IMG/VR virus record: IMGVR_UViG_3300036833_000304
Span: 1-35,855 of that record
Direction: 5' to 3' (one strand)
Origin: a virus
Taxonomy: Duplodnaviria; Caudoviricetes
Length of the DNA: 35,855 bases
The notes beneath the pieces are model-generated. The model saw nothing but the letters and a program-made list of their open reading frames with translations, made no database searches and was not told where the DNA came from. Positions 27,565 through 35,367 of this stretch are shown piece after piece. Position 1 is the stretch's first letter, and every line of letters begins with the position of its first letter. The position numbers were made by a program, and so were the translations under genes.

Positions 27565-28016
27565 GCGAGACCGAGGAGCGCGCACGGCTCGTCGCTGAAG
27601 CGAAGAGTTGGCTCGGCACGCCCTATCGCTCGGCCGCCGATGTCAAGGGCGCCGGGGTCGATTGCGTCATGCTGCTGATCCGCGCCTTTGTTGACGCCGG
27701 AATGATCGCGCCGGTCGATCCCAGGCCATTCCCCGAGCAGTGGGCGGTGCATCAGGCCGAGGAGCTGTATCTAGCCGCGGTCCGCGAGAGGGCGCATGAG
27801 GTGGCACCGCCGCCGGCCAGGATGCCATTGCCGGCCGATGTCGTGCTGTTCCGCATGGCGCGCGTCTATGCGCACGGCGCGATCGTCCTCGATTGGCCCT
27901 ATGTGATCCACGTCATGCGTCGGCCGCAGGAAGTGATGATCCAAGACTGCGAGCGAACGGGACTGCTGATGAGGCTTGAAAAGAAATTCTTCAGTCTGTG
28001 GCCTCGCACGGTTTGA
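27561..28016 (+). CDS. NlpC/P60 tail-tip peptidase (RcGTA g14-like)
   Basis: AKSWLGTPY, KGAGVDC (catalytic Cys), DVVLF, HGAIV (His). Confidence 0.9.
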   Translation: MSETEERARLVAEAKSWLGTPYRSAADVKGAGVDCVMLLIRAFVDAGMIAPVDPRPFPEQWAVHQAEELYLAAVRERAHEVAPPPARMPLPADVVLFRMARVYAHGAIVLDWPYVIHVMRRPQEVMIQDCERTGLLMRLEKKFFSLWPRTV

Positions 28017-28020
28017 ACCG

Positions 28021-30372
28021 ATGGGCTTTCTCTTTGGCAGCGGCACTCCACAGCCGAAGAAGCCGCCCGATTACACGCGACTACAGGTTCAAACTTCAGT
28101 CAATTATCTCCCGATCCCGCTCATCTATGGCTGTCCGCGCGTCTCGCCTAACCTGCTGTGGGCGGACGACTTCAGGGTCGTTCACGTCAAGACCAGCAGC
28201 GGCGGCGGCAAAGGACTGTTGACCGGCGGCAAGGGCAGCTCGACGACGACCTCGTACTACTATGCCTCGCTGATCCTGGGCATCGGTGAAGGGCCGATCG
28301 GCCCGCCGATCATGATCTGGATCAATACGTCGCAATATGTCTACGGCCAGCAGCCGACTGGCCTGATCGGTGCCGCCGGGCCGCCGTTGCGCAACATCAT
28401 CACGCCGCTGAAAGGCGGCGGGGGTGGCACCCCGCCGCCGCCGCCGGGCACGACGTTCCCGGGCACTTGGTACGGCGGCACTCCAGACCAGGCGCCCGAC
28501 CCGGTGATCGCCGGCCGCCATCCCGGCGAGTCGCTGGCATACGCCGACACCGGCTATTTCTCGCTGATCGACGCCGAGTTGGATTCGAGCGCCAGCGTGC
28601 CGCAATATAGCTTTGTCATCGGCGGCCATTGGCGCGGCAGCTGTCCGCTCAACAACGATTTTTACGCCGGCTTTGCCGATGCCGACCCGACCCTGTGCAT
28701 CATCGATCTATTGACCAATCTGCAGTTCGGCGTTCCGGGATTTCCGCGCACGCTGATCGATCCTTCGATCTTTACCTCGACCGGGACGACGACGCAGGGC
28801 GACAACTCTTACCAGACCTGGTGTCAGGCGGTCGGGATCGGCTTTTCGACCGTGCTCAACGGCACCGAGGCGGCGCGCTCGATCCTGGAGCGTTGGCTCT
28901 TGGTCACCAGCGCCGCAGCGGTATGGACCGGCAGCACGTTGAAGATCATTCCCTACGGCGATTCGGGTTGGTCCGGCAACCCCGGCTGGGAAGCCGGGGC
29001 CGGTATTCCCTTCAAATATTACCAGCCCAATGTGAAGCCGCTGTTCGATCTGACCGACGACGATTTCTTGCAGGCCAGCGGCAGCGAAGACCCGGTCACC
29101 GTCACCCGCAAGGATCTGGCCGACGTCTACAACACGGTGCGGATCGATTATCAGGACCGCGCCAACCAATGGAACACCAACACCGCCGAGGCGCGCGACG
29201 ACAATGCCGTAGAGCTGTTCGGGATGCGGGTGCAGTCGGTCAGCGCCAACGAGCTTACCTGGCGGGGCTACGCCGACGCCGCCGCTACTCTGATCATGCG
29301 GCGTAATGTCCAAGTCCGCAATACCTATACGTTCAAATTGCCGTGGGATTACGCGATCCTCGAACCGATGGATATCGTCACGATCACCGATGCGGTATTG
29401 GGGCTCGACAAAGCGGCAGTGAGGATCACTGCAATCGAGGAGGACGAAAACGCGCATCTGACGATCACTGCAGAGCAGTTCACCCCAGGCTGGATCGTGC
29501 CCAGCCTCTATCCCGGTCAATCCTCGAAGCAATACACGGTCGACACCAGCGGGATCGCCGGGTCGGTCAATCAGCCGGCGATTTTCGAGCCGACCGCGGC
29601 ATTGGTTGTCGCCAAGGGCGGCAGCGGCGCCTACGTCGCCATCGGGGCGTCGGGCGGGCCGAGCGGCGTCTATGACCCGAATTGGGGCGGGGCCGACGTC
29701 TACCTCTCGGTCGACAATGTGACCTACGTCAAGCAGGGCACGATCACCGGGCCGGCGCGGCAGGGCATATTGCAGGCGCTCTTGCCGACCTATACCGGCG
29801 GCAATCCGGACACCAGTTCGGTTCTGTCGGTCAACCTGGCCGAGTGCGACGGCGAGCTGGAGACGGTGACCGCGGCAGACGCCGCGGCCGCGCGCTCGCT
29901 CTGCGTCGTCATCGATCAGAACCAGGAAGGCTTCGAGCTGCTGTCGTATCAGACCGCGACCTTGACCGCAGCCAACGCCTATAACCTGACGACATTGTAT
30001 CGCGGTCTCTACGGCACCAAACCCTGCCAGCACGCGGTTGGCGCGCTGTTCCTGCGGCTCGATCAATCGGTGTGGGAGATATCATTGCAACCACAGTACG
30101 TCGGGCAACAGCTCTATTTCAAATTGCAATCCTTCAATGTCTTTAATCAAGGCTATGAAGACCTGTCGAGCTGTACGGCCTACAGCTACACGCCGACCGG
30201 CGCCGGCATCAACCCGGCCTCGAACTCGATCTGGCAGGCGCTGACGGCCAATACGCCGACCGATTTCGGGCTGATCGGCCAGCCGGTGCTCGGCGCTCTC
30301 GACCTCGACCTCGGCGGCGGCGTCGGCAACTGCGAGCCTACTCTCGGCCTCGTCGATCTAGGGACCGTCTGA
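28021..30372 (+). CDS. Central tail tip / host-specificity protein (RcGTA g15 megatron-like)
   Basis: QTSV--LPIPLIYG, GIGEGPI, DADP, LEPMDIVTITD, ELLSY--ATL, L-RGLYGT, YFKLQSFN. Confidence 0.88.
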   Translation: MGFLFGSGTPQPKKPPDYTRLQVQTSVNYLPIPLIYGCPRVSPNLLWADDFRVVHVKTSSGGGKGLLTGGKGSSTTTSYYYASLILGIGEGPIGPPIMIWINTSQYVYGQQPTGLIGAAGPPLRNIITPLKGGGGGTPPPPPGTTFPGTWYGGTPDQAPDPVIAGRHPGESLAYADTGYFSLIDAELDSSASVPQYSFVIGGHWRGSCPLNNDFYAGFADADPTLCIIDLLTNLQFGVPGFPRTLIDPSIFTSTGTTTQGDNSYQTWCQAVGIGFSTVLNGTEAARSILERWLLVTSAAAVWTGSTLKIIPYGDSGWSGNPGWEAGAGIPFKYYQPNVKPLFDLTDDDFLQASGSEDPVTVTRKDLADVYNTVRIDYQDRANQWNTNTAEARDDNAVELFGMRVQSVSANELTWRGYADAAATLIMRRNVQVRNTYTFKLPWDYAILEPMDIVTITDAVLGLDKAAVRITAIEEDENAHLTITAEQFTPGWIVPSLYPGQSSKQYTVDTSGIAGSVNQPAIFEPTAALVVAKGGSGAYVAIGASGGPSGVYDPNWGGADVYLSVDNVTYVKQGTITGPARQGILQALLPTYTGGNPDTSSVLSVNLAECDGELETVTAADAAAARSLCVVIDQNQEGFELLSYQTATLTAANAYNLTTLYRGLYGTKPCQHAVGALFLRLDQSVWEISLQPQYVGQQLYFKLQSFNVFNQGYEDLSSCTAYSYTPTGAGINPASNSIWQALTANTPTDFGLIGQPVLGALDLDLGGGVGNCEPTLGLVDLGTV

Positions 30373-30373
30373 C

Positions 30374-31471
30374 ATGCTCGAAGTGCAAATGCTGCGCGGC
30401 CCGAACGCCGACGTGGTCGCCTATACCGGGCCGGTCGGCGAAATCGTAATCAACACCACGACTTGGGCGATCCATGTGCAGGACGGCGCGACGGCCGGCG
30501 GGCACGTCCTCGGTTCGGTCACGCCGCCATTCCTGGTGCCGCAGGGAGGCACCGGCCTGACCTCGCTGCCGGCGAATGCGGTGCTGCTCGGCGCAGGGAC
30601 GGGCCCGATCGCCTCGTCGGCACCGGGTGCGGCTCACGGCGTGTTCGGCAGCAACGGTGCCACTGCCAACCCGACGTTTCAGACCCTGTCGGCGCTGCTC
30701 GACGCGGTGTTTGGCAGCGCGCAAGGCGACATCCTGATTCGTGGTGCTGCCGGCTGGCAGGCGCTGGCGGCCGGTCCGGCCGGCGATTTTTTGCAAACCC
30801 ACGGCAGCGCGGCCAACCCAACCTGGGCATTGCCGCCCGGCGCCGGCACGATCACCGCCGTCAACCCAGGCACCGGCTTGAGCGGCGGCGGCGCTAGCGG
30901 TGCGGTCACGCTCGGTTTTGCCAACATCGCCAATCTCGATCTGCTGGCGAACACCACCGGAGCCTTGGGCCCGCCCTTGCCGATCACGGTATCCAATCTG
31001 TTCGACGCGACGCTCGGCGCTACCCGCGGCCAGCTGATGTTTCGCGGTGCCGGCGGTTGGGTGGTGCTGGCTCCGGGCATTGCCGGCCAAATGCTCCAGA
31101 CCGGCGGCACTGGTGCCGATCTGGCCTGGGCGGCATCTGGGCTGACTGCCTCGGTGTCGTGGCTGGTTGGGCAAAATCCCGCCAACGCGATGCTGTTCCG
31201 CGCCGCCCAGGCACGCACGATAGACAGCCTGACCGGGGTCGTTACCGCCGCCAATGGCGCCGCGGCGACGGTCTCGGTATTGCGCTATCCGGCCGGCAGC
31301 AGCAGCGGGGCGGCGGTCCATTCCGGCTCGTTCAACGCCGCCGGGGCGGCCTATACCGACCAGCCGCTAACCCTGACGACGACGGCATTGGCGGCGGGCG
31401 ACCGGCTGGTGCTCAGTACCACCGGGACGTTTGGCGCCTCGGCCGGCGGCATCCAGGTGAACCTGCATTGA
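30374..31471 (+). CDS. Tail fibre with Mtd-N-like N-terminal anchor
   Basis: VQMLRG---YTGPVGEIVINT----VQDGATAGG; two LDA-FG---G----RGA-GW-L-G repeats; GTITAVNPGTGLSGGG. Confidence 0.8.
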   Translation: MLEVQMLRGPNADVVAYTGPVGEIVINTTTWAIHVQDGATAGGHVLGSVTPPFLVPQGGTGLTSLPANAVLLGAGTGPIASSAPGAAHGVFGSNGATANPTFQTLSALLDAVFGSAQGDILIRGAAGWQALAAGPAGDFLQTHGSAANPTWALPPGAGTITAVNPGTGLSGGGASGAVTLGFANIANLDLLANTTGALGPPLPITVSNLFDATLGATRGQLMFRGAGGWVVLAPGIAGQMLQTGGTGADLAWAASGLTASVSWLVGQNPANAMLFRAAQARTIDSLTGVVTAANGAAATVSVLRYPAGSSSGAAVHSGSFNAAGAAYTDQPLTLTTTALAAGDRLVLSTTGTFGASAGGIQVNLH

Positions 31472-31504
31472 CCGTCAACCCCGGCTGAGCTGCGGAGCGA
31501 AACT

Positions 31505-31741
31505 ATGTGTTTTGGACTCGGAGCGATCGAGCATTTGCTGATCTGGATCGTCGTCGTCGTCGCGGTTTTTGCGATTATCCGTGTCTTGCTGTCGCTGGCG
31601 ACACCACCGGCAGAGCTTGCCTGGGTGCTACAGGCTGCGATCCAGGTTGTGAAGATCGTCTTATGGGCGGCGATCATCATTGCGGTCATCGTTGTCGCGT
31701 TTGCGCTGCTCGCCTGTATTGTGCCGTTGCCGATCCATTAG
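31505..31741 (+). CDS. Small two-TM membrane protein (holin candidate)
   Basis: GGAG RBS; two long hydrophobic helices; directly before the amidase-like gene. Confidence 0.6.
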   Translation: MCFGLGAIEHLLIWIVVVVAVFAIIRVLLSLATPPAELAWVLQAAIQVVKIVLWAAIIIAVIVVAFALLACIVPLPIH

Positions 31742-31753
31742 GGGGCTGTGAGA

Positions 31754-32134
31754 ATGGCATGGCGCTGCGATGATCCAGAGCGGCATCGGGGCCGGGTGGT
31801 CGACAATGGCGAATGCGTGCGGTTTTGCCAGATCGCCACACCGGGTCTACCCCATACCTCGCGATGGCGGCGCGGGCGCCAGGCCCGAGGTAGCGCGCTC
31901 GAGCCGGGTACGGTGATCGCGACCTTTGACGGCGATCTCTATACCAATCGCACCGATGGCAGCTCGCACGCCGCGATTTTTATCAGCGAATTAGGGCACG
32001 GTTTGCGGGTCTGGGACCAATGGCGTGGGCATCCGGTCAGCGAACGGACCATCCGCTTTCGCGGCGGTCAGGGCAAACCCGTAAATGATGGCGATCGTTT
32101 TCATGTCGTCGAAGGCTTTGTCGAGCAGCCGTGA
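31754..32134 (+). CDS. BPSL0067/Tae2-like Cys-His peptidoglycan amidase (endolysin candidate)
   Basis: GECV, TSRWRRG, PGTVIATF---Y-N, HAAIF, VWDQW, NDGDRFHVVE. Confidence 0.8.
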   Translation: MAWRCDDPERHRGRVVDNGECVRFCQIATPGLPHTSRWRRGRQARGSALEPGTVIATFDGDLYTNRTDGSSHAAIFISELGHGLRVWDQWRGHPVSERTIRFRGGQGKPVNDGDRFHVVEGFVEQP

Positions 32135-32754
32135 ACGCCACCCCGCCGCCGCCCGGTGGAACATTGGGGCTGATCGACCGGGTGTTGAGCTACGTCGATC
32201 GGCCATGGAAGATCGCAGCGGTTGTCGTCATCGCCGCGGCCGCGATCATCGGCATAACGCTGTGGGAAAAGCGCGCCGAGGTCGCCGAGGCGGTGTTGGA
32301 AGGATGGGTCAGCCCGCAACTGCGGCCCGCCCGCTTTCCAAAAACCGCCGCCCGCCTGCTCGACGCCACCAACGCCGACATCGTGCTGCTCGCCAAGGTG
32401 TCGCTACGCAATAATCTGATTACCAACCTTGACGGGCTGCGCCGGGCCGACCCGGCCTGGGAACCGGTGCTGAACCCACGCCCCCTCTATGGCGCGATCC
32501 GCGATCCAGAGCGCTATCTGGCGCTGATCGAGGGCCGGCCGGTATGCCACGACCTCGACCCGGACGACGGCGAGGAGGAGCGCGCCGAGGCGGCACTCGG
32601 CATCAAGCGCAGATGCTATCAGGCTGTCCCGCCAGTGCTCGATTCGCTCGTCGGCATCGTGGCGATTGGTTGGCGGCAACCGCCCTCGGCTGAGGCCGAG
32701 GGCGGGGCGAAGAGCCTCTTATGGACGGCCGCCTCGGAGCTGGCGACGTGGTAA
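32131..32754 (+). CDS. Single-TM protein with soluble C-terminal domain (T4 holin T-like architecture suspected)
   Basis: GTGA coupling; amphipathic N-terminal helix, one TM, then a domain with two Cys and CYQAVPP----VGIVAIGW. Confidence 0.6.
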   Translation: MNATPPPPGGTLGLIDRVLSYVDRPWKIAAVVVIAAAAIIGITLWEKRAEVAEAVLEGWVSPQLRPARFPKTAARLLDATNADIVLLAKVSLRNNLITNLDGLRRADPAWEPVLNPRPLYGAIRDPERYLALIEGRPVCHDLDPDDGEEERAEAALGIKRRCYQAVPPVLDSLVGIVAIGWRQPPSAEAEGGAKSLLWTAASELATW

Positions 32755-32857
32755 GGTACCGCGGCCCCGACCCCGGGTCGACTTACCTAGATCGGACATT
32801 ATCAACCCATCAAAGAAGCACCCTCGGCCCCGCCGCGGCCCTTCTATGATATGCGCT

Positions 32858-33109
32858 TTAGAGGCGACGGCGCCGATAAAGCACGCCAAATCCGATCAGG
32901 GCGCTGCCGAGCAGCCCCAGCGAGGTGGGCTCGGGGACGCCAGGGGTCGATGGCGACGGTGCGCTGGTCAGGCAATTGGGCTGGTTGATTATCCGCCCCG
33001 CGCCGAAAGTGTTGCCGCCGCCCTGGACGGCGGCCGGGGTGATGCAGGTAGGCAACTCTTGGATCGCCAGCCCGCTGCCGATGGTGCCGAAGGCGGTGTC
33101 GACCGCGCT
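32858..33109 (-). pseudogene. 5'-truncated PEP-CTERM protein remnant
   Basis: Ends VPEPTSLGLLGSALIGFGVLYRRRRL*; frame open back to TAG at 33110-33112 with no ATG or signal peptide. Confidence 0.72.
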
Positions 33110-33132
33110 CTACAACCGTTTAATCGCGAGTA

Positions 33133-33244
33133 TTGCAGCCGCGGGGCCCCACGGCTGCGAGAGGGTTGGGAGTGCGCTTGCGGACCCCCCGCAAGCGCTG
33201 GGTCGGGGCCAAATCATCGGCGCGTGGGGGTCACGCGCTTTTTT
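33133..33244 (+). ncRNA. Candidate structured RNA leader or sRNA ending in a terminator
   Basis: Three hairpins (33135-33158, 33174-33198, 33220-33238 plus T6); loops ACCCC and GGGGT are complementary. Confidence 0.55.
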
Positions 33245-33262
33245 CTTAAAGGAGCTAACACA

Positions 33263-33880
33263 ATGCCGTTTGTCGAAGGCTATCTCGAGGAGAAGATCAT
33301 CGTCGGACCGGGGCGTCCGACGCACCCGATCGCGCCCGGGGGTCCGCCGCCGGTCATCGACAATTCGCTGCCCGACATCCCGGGGCCGGTCGATCCCGGC
33401 TGGGGCGTGCCGTTGCCGCCGGTTGTCAGTCACCCGATCGCGCCAGGGCCATCGCATCCGATCGTGCTGCCGCCGACCTATCCGGTCGATCCGGACTATG
33501 GTCTGCCGCTGCCGCCGACGGTGTGGCCGCAGCCGCCACGCCCGGTTGATCCCGGTTATGGCGTCCCGGTGCCGATCGACCCGACGCACCCGATCTATCT
33601 GCCGGTCGCCCCGAACAACGATCTGCCGATCCCACCGGGCGGCGTCTATCCGCCGCTGCCACCTTACGTGTCGACCGGGCCGGTAGGGCAACTGATGTGC
33701 TTTGTGTGGATCCCGGGAATCGGGTACAGGTGGACCACGATCGACGTCAATCTAAAGCCGACCCACCCAATCATTCTGCCGCCATCGACAGTGCCGGGCG
33801 TTCCGACGCATCCGATCGCTCCAGGCGGGGAGCCGACCCACCCGATCGATCCAGGCGGACAGCCGACGCCGCGCCGGTAA
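33263..33880 (+). CDS. Proline-rich repeat protein (P[TS]HPI and PVDPxYG repeats)
   Basis: AAGGAG RBS at 33249-33254; 205 aa; FVWIPGIGYRW motif; followed by a strong terminator. Confidence 0.85.
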   Translation: MPFVEGYLEEKIIVGPGRPTHPIAPGGPPPVIDNSLPDIPGPVDPGWGVPLPPVVSHPIAPGPSHPIVLPPTYPVDPDYGLPLPPTVWPQPPRPVDPGYGVPVPIDPTHPIYLPVAPNNDLPIPPGGVYPPLPPYVSTGPVGQLMCFVWIPGIGYRWTTIDVNLKPTHPIILPPSTVPGVPTHPIAPGGEPTHPIDPGGQPTPRR

Positions 33881-33903
33881 AACCTACATACCCGAACTTT
33901 GTC

Positions 33904-33939
33904 GCCGCGCTCTCCTCCGGGAGGGCGCGGCTTTTTTTT
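33904..33939 (+). terminator. Rho-independent terminator
   Basis: 12-bp stem GCCGCGCTCTCC/GGAGGGCGCGGC, C(UCCG)G tetraloop, T8. Confidence 0.93.
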
Positions 33940-33958
33940 CGCTCCGCGCCGCTTAAAT

Positions 33959-34174
33959 CTACCAGCCGCGACCTTTTCCTAGTCGATACACGCGCGCAGC
34001 GGTTACCGGTGTCCGACTGATCTTTCGAGCGGCATCACTGAATGTACCGCCGCTGTCGATAATTCGGCTAATGACCGGATAGTGTCGGCAGCTGTCGATC
34101 AGCATCTCCCGATAGCGATTGACCTCCGCATCGACCCACGCCGCGATTTGCGGTGGCAATTCATTCGAGATCAT
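33959..34174 (-). CDS. Small hypothetical protein, possible C-terminal HTH
   Basis: 71 aa; GGTFSDAARKISRTPVTAARVYR resembles a helix-turn-helix. Confidence 0.5.
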   Translation of the reverse strand: MISNELPPQIAAWVDAEVNRYREMLIDSCRHYPVISRIIDSGGTFSDAARKISRTPVTAARVYRLGKGRGW

Positions 34175-34182
34175 TCCTTTCG

Positions 34183-34255
34183 AACTCGCCCTCTTCAAAA
34201 GAGGGGGAGTTATGGCCCCGGAACGCCGCTTGGGCAACGGCCTCGTGCAGCGCAC
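34183..34255 (+). promoter_or_regulatory. RNA motif copy 2 (same core as the capsid leader)
   Basis: Hairpin 34183-34211, then GCCC, then identical CGCCGCTTGGGCAACGGCCTC (34224-34244), then GTGC-AGC-GCAC. Confidence 0.6.
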
Positions 34256-34336
34256 GGGTTGTCACCCTTCTCCGGACGTTTCGGCTGCACCGGCGCCGGG
34301 GCTCGCTACTCCTGCCCGGCAGCGCACGGGTTGTCA
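34247..34336. repeat. 18-bp perfect direct repeat, two copies
   Basis: GCAGCGCACGGGTTGTCA at 34247-34264 and 34319-34336. Confidence 0.9.
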
Positions 34337-34370
34337 TGTGCGGAGTATGCCAGAGGATACCGGGGGTTTT

Positions 34371-34736
34371 TCACTCTGGGTGTTTCTGGCGGTACAGTCT
34401 GACGACCAGCTCCGCCATCTGCTCCTGCTGCTCTGGAGTGAGGTCTTTGACGTCGCTCCAACTGTCGAGCAGCGAGGCCGCCGTGTTGTAGGGGATATCG
34501 GCTGCCTTGCTCAGCCGGACCACTCGCCGTTGTTCTGCAGTATCGAGATAGGTACCGACGGCGAACGCAACGGAGGCAATGACGAAAAATCCCGCCACCA
34601 CCGCCGCTATCAGTTTGTCTTTGCGTTCTGCATGATAGCGGCGCAACCTGGGCCGCTGCCGCGGCTGCCGTAGGTATCTCGGTCGAGAACCTCTATACCC
34701 GGCTCCGCAAGCTGCGGCGCGAGGATGCAAGTGCAC
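34371..34736 (-). CDS. Hypothetical single-TM protein (start uncertain)
   Basis: Basic stretch, TM LIAAVVAGFFVIASVAFAVG, helical C-terminus; the N-terminal third may not be translated. Confidence 0.5.
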   Translation of the reverse strand: MHLHPRAAACGAGYRGSRPRYLRQPRQRPRLRRYHAERKDKLIAAVVAGFFVIASVAFAVGTYLDTAEQRRVVRLSKAADIPYNTAASLLDSWSDVKDLTPEQQEQMAELVVRLYRQKHPE

Positions 34737-34904
34737 AAATCACCTGAGCAAACGACCGAACGAGATCACCTTCACTGTCCGCTCGGCTGCGAACACCCGC
34801 AGCCATTCCATGCGGGCGAAATGATCCTATGCGGGCTCTGCTTCCACTTCGCCGATCGAGTGACGCCCATGGAGGCATGCACAAAGGAGCTTTGCAGTGG
34901 CTGA
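34725..34904 (+). CDS. 59-aa Cys/His-rich (zinc-ribbon-like) protein, absent from the supplied ORF track
   Basis: MQVHKSPEQTTERDHLHCPLGCEHPQPFHAGEMILCGLCFHFADRVTPMEACTKELCSG; stop overlaps the next start. Confidence 0.65.
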   Translation: MQVHKSPEQTTERDHLHCPLGCEHPQPFHAGEMILCGLCFHFADRVTPMEACTKELCSG

Positions 34905-35340
34905 GCAAACGACCGTCGGCACGCCTCTTTTCGTTGGCCCAATCGAGCGCGGGCAGCTCGGCCGACTGCGGGAGTTTGCCGCTCGCCATCCGGTCGACAT
35001 GATCACGCTGAGAGACCGGCTGCAGACCCGCGCCGGCAAGCGCGTCCACATGCGCCAGATGACCAAGCAGACGGTGTATCTGCCCGAGGCCTACGCGGTG
35101 ACCTTCAGCATCGAGACCGGGCACCGGATCGGTACCTGCCGCCACATGTCGATGTCGGTCGACCGCGAGGGCCGCGTGCCAAACAAGCATGCGGTGTGGA
35201 TGGTCGCTGAGGAGCTAGGCTTTACCGGCGGGCTCGAAGCGTGTGCTGCGATCTGGCCCGAGGAGCTCGAAGGCCACGGCAAGGCGATCAATGTTGTGCA
35301 GGCGGTTGCCGCGTCGTCCGGTACCGGCGGTCGTGCATGA
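34897..35340 (+). CDS. Hypothetical phage protein
   Basis: AAGGAG RBS and GTG start; VTFSIE, CRHMSMSV--GRVP---AV-MVAEELGF. Confidence 0.8.
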   Translation: MAEQTTVGTPLFVGPIERGQLGRLREFAARHPVDMITLRDRLQTRAGKRVHMRQMTKQTVYLPEAYAVTFSIETGHRIGTCRHMSMSVDREGRVPNKHAVWMVAEELGFTGGLEACAAIWPEELEGHGKAINVVQAVAASSGTGGRA

Positions 35341-35367
35341 CCGGAAAGCCACCTGAGCAAACGACCG

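Noticed and set aside
4026-30372. Gene transfer agent cluster
   Set aside because: Too long and accessory-rich (long TMP, methylase, immunity gene, morons) for an RcGTA-type structural cluster.
30374-31471. Diversity-generating retroelement suggested by the Mtd-N-like domain and duplicated C-terminal domain
   Set aside because: No reverse transcriptase or avd gene in the window; the two copies differ at all base types rather than only at adenines, and both are coding.
32666-33262. N-terminal 199 codons of the 404-aa ORF in the supplied track
   Set aside because: They overlap the PEP-CTERM remnant and the hairpin leader; the strong RBS points to ATG33263.
33090-34150. Sigma70-like promoters (TTTAAT at 33119, TTGACC at 34119)
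   Set aside because: No partner hexamer at acceptable spacing.
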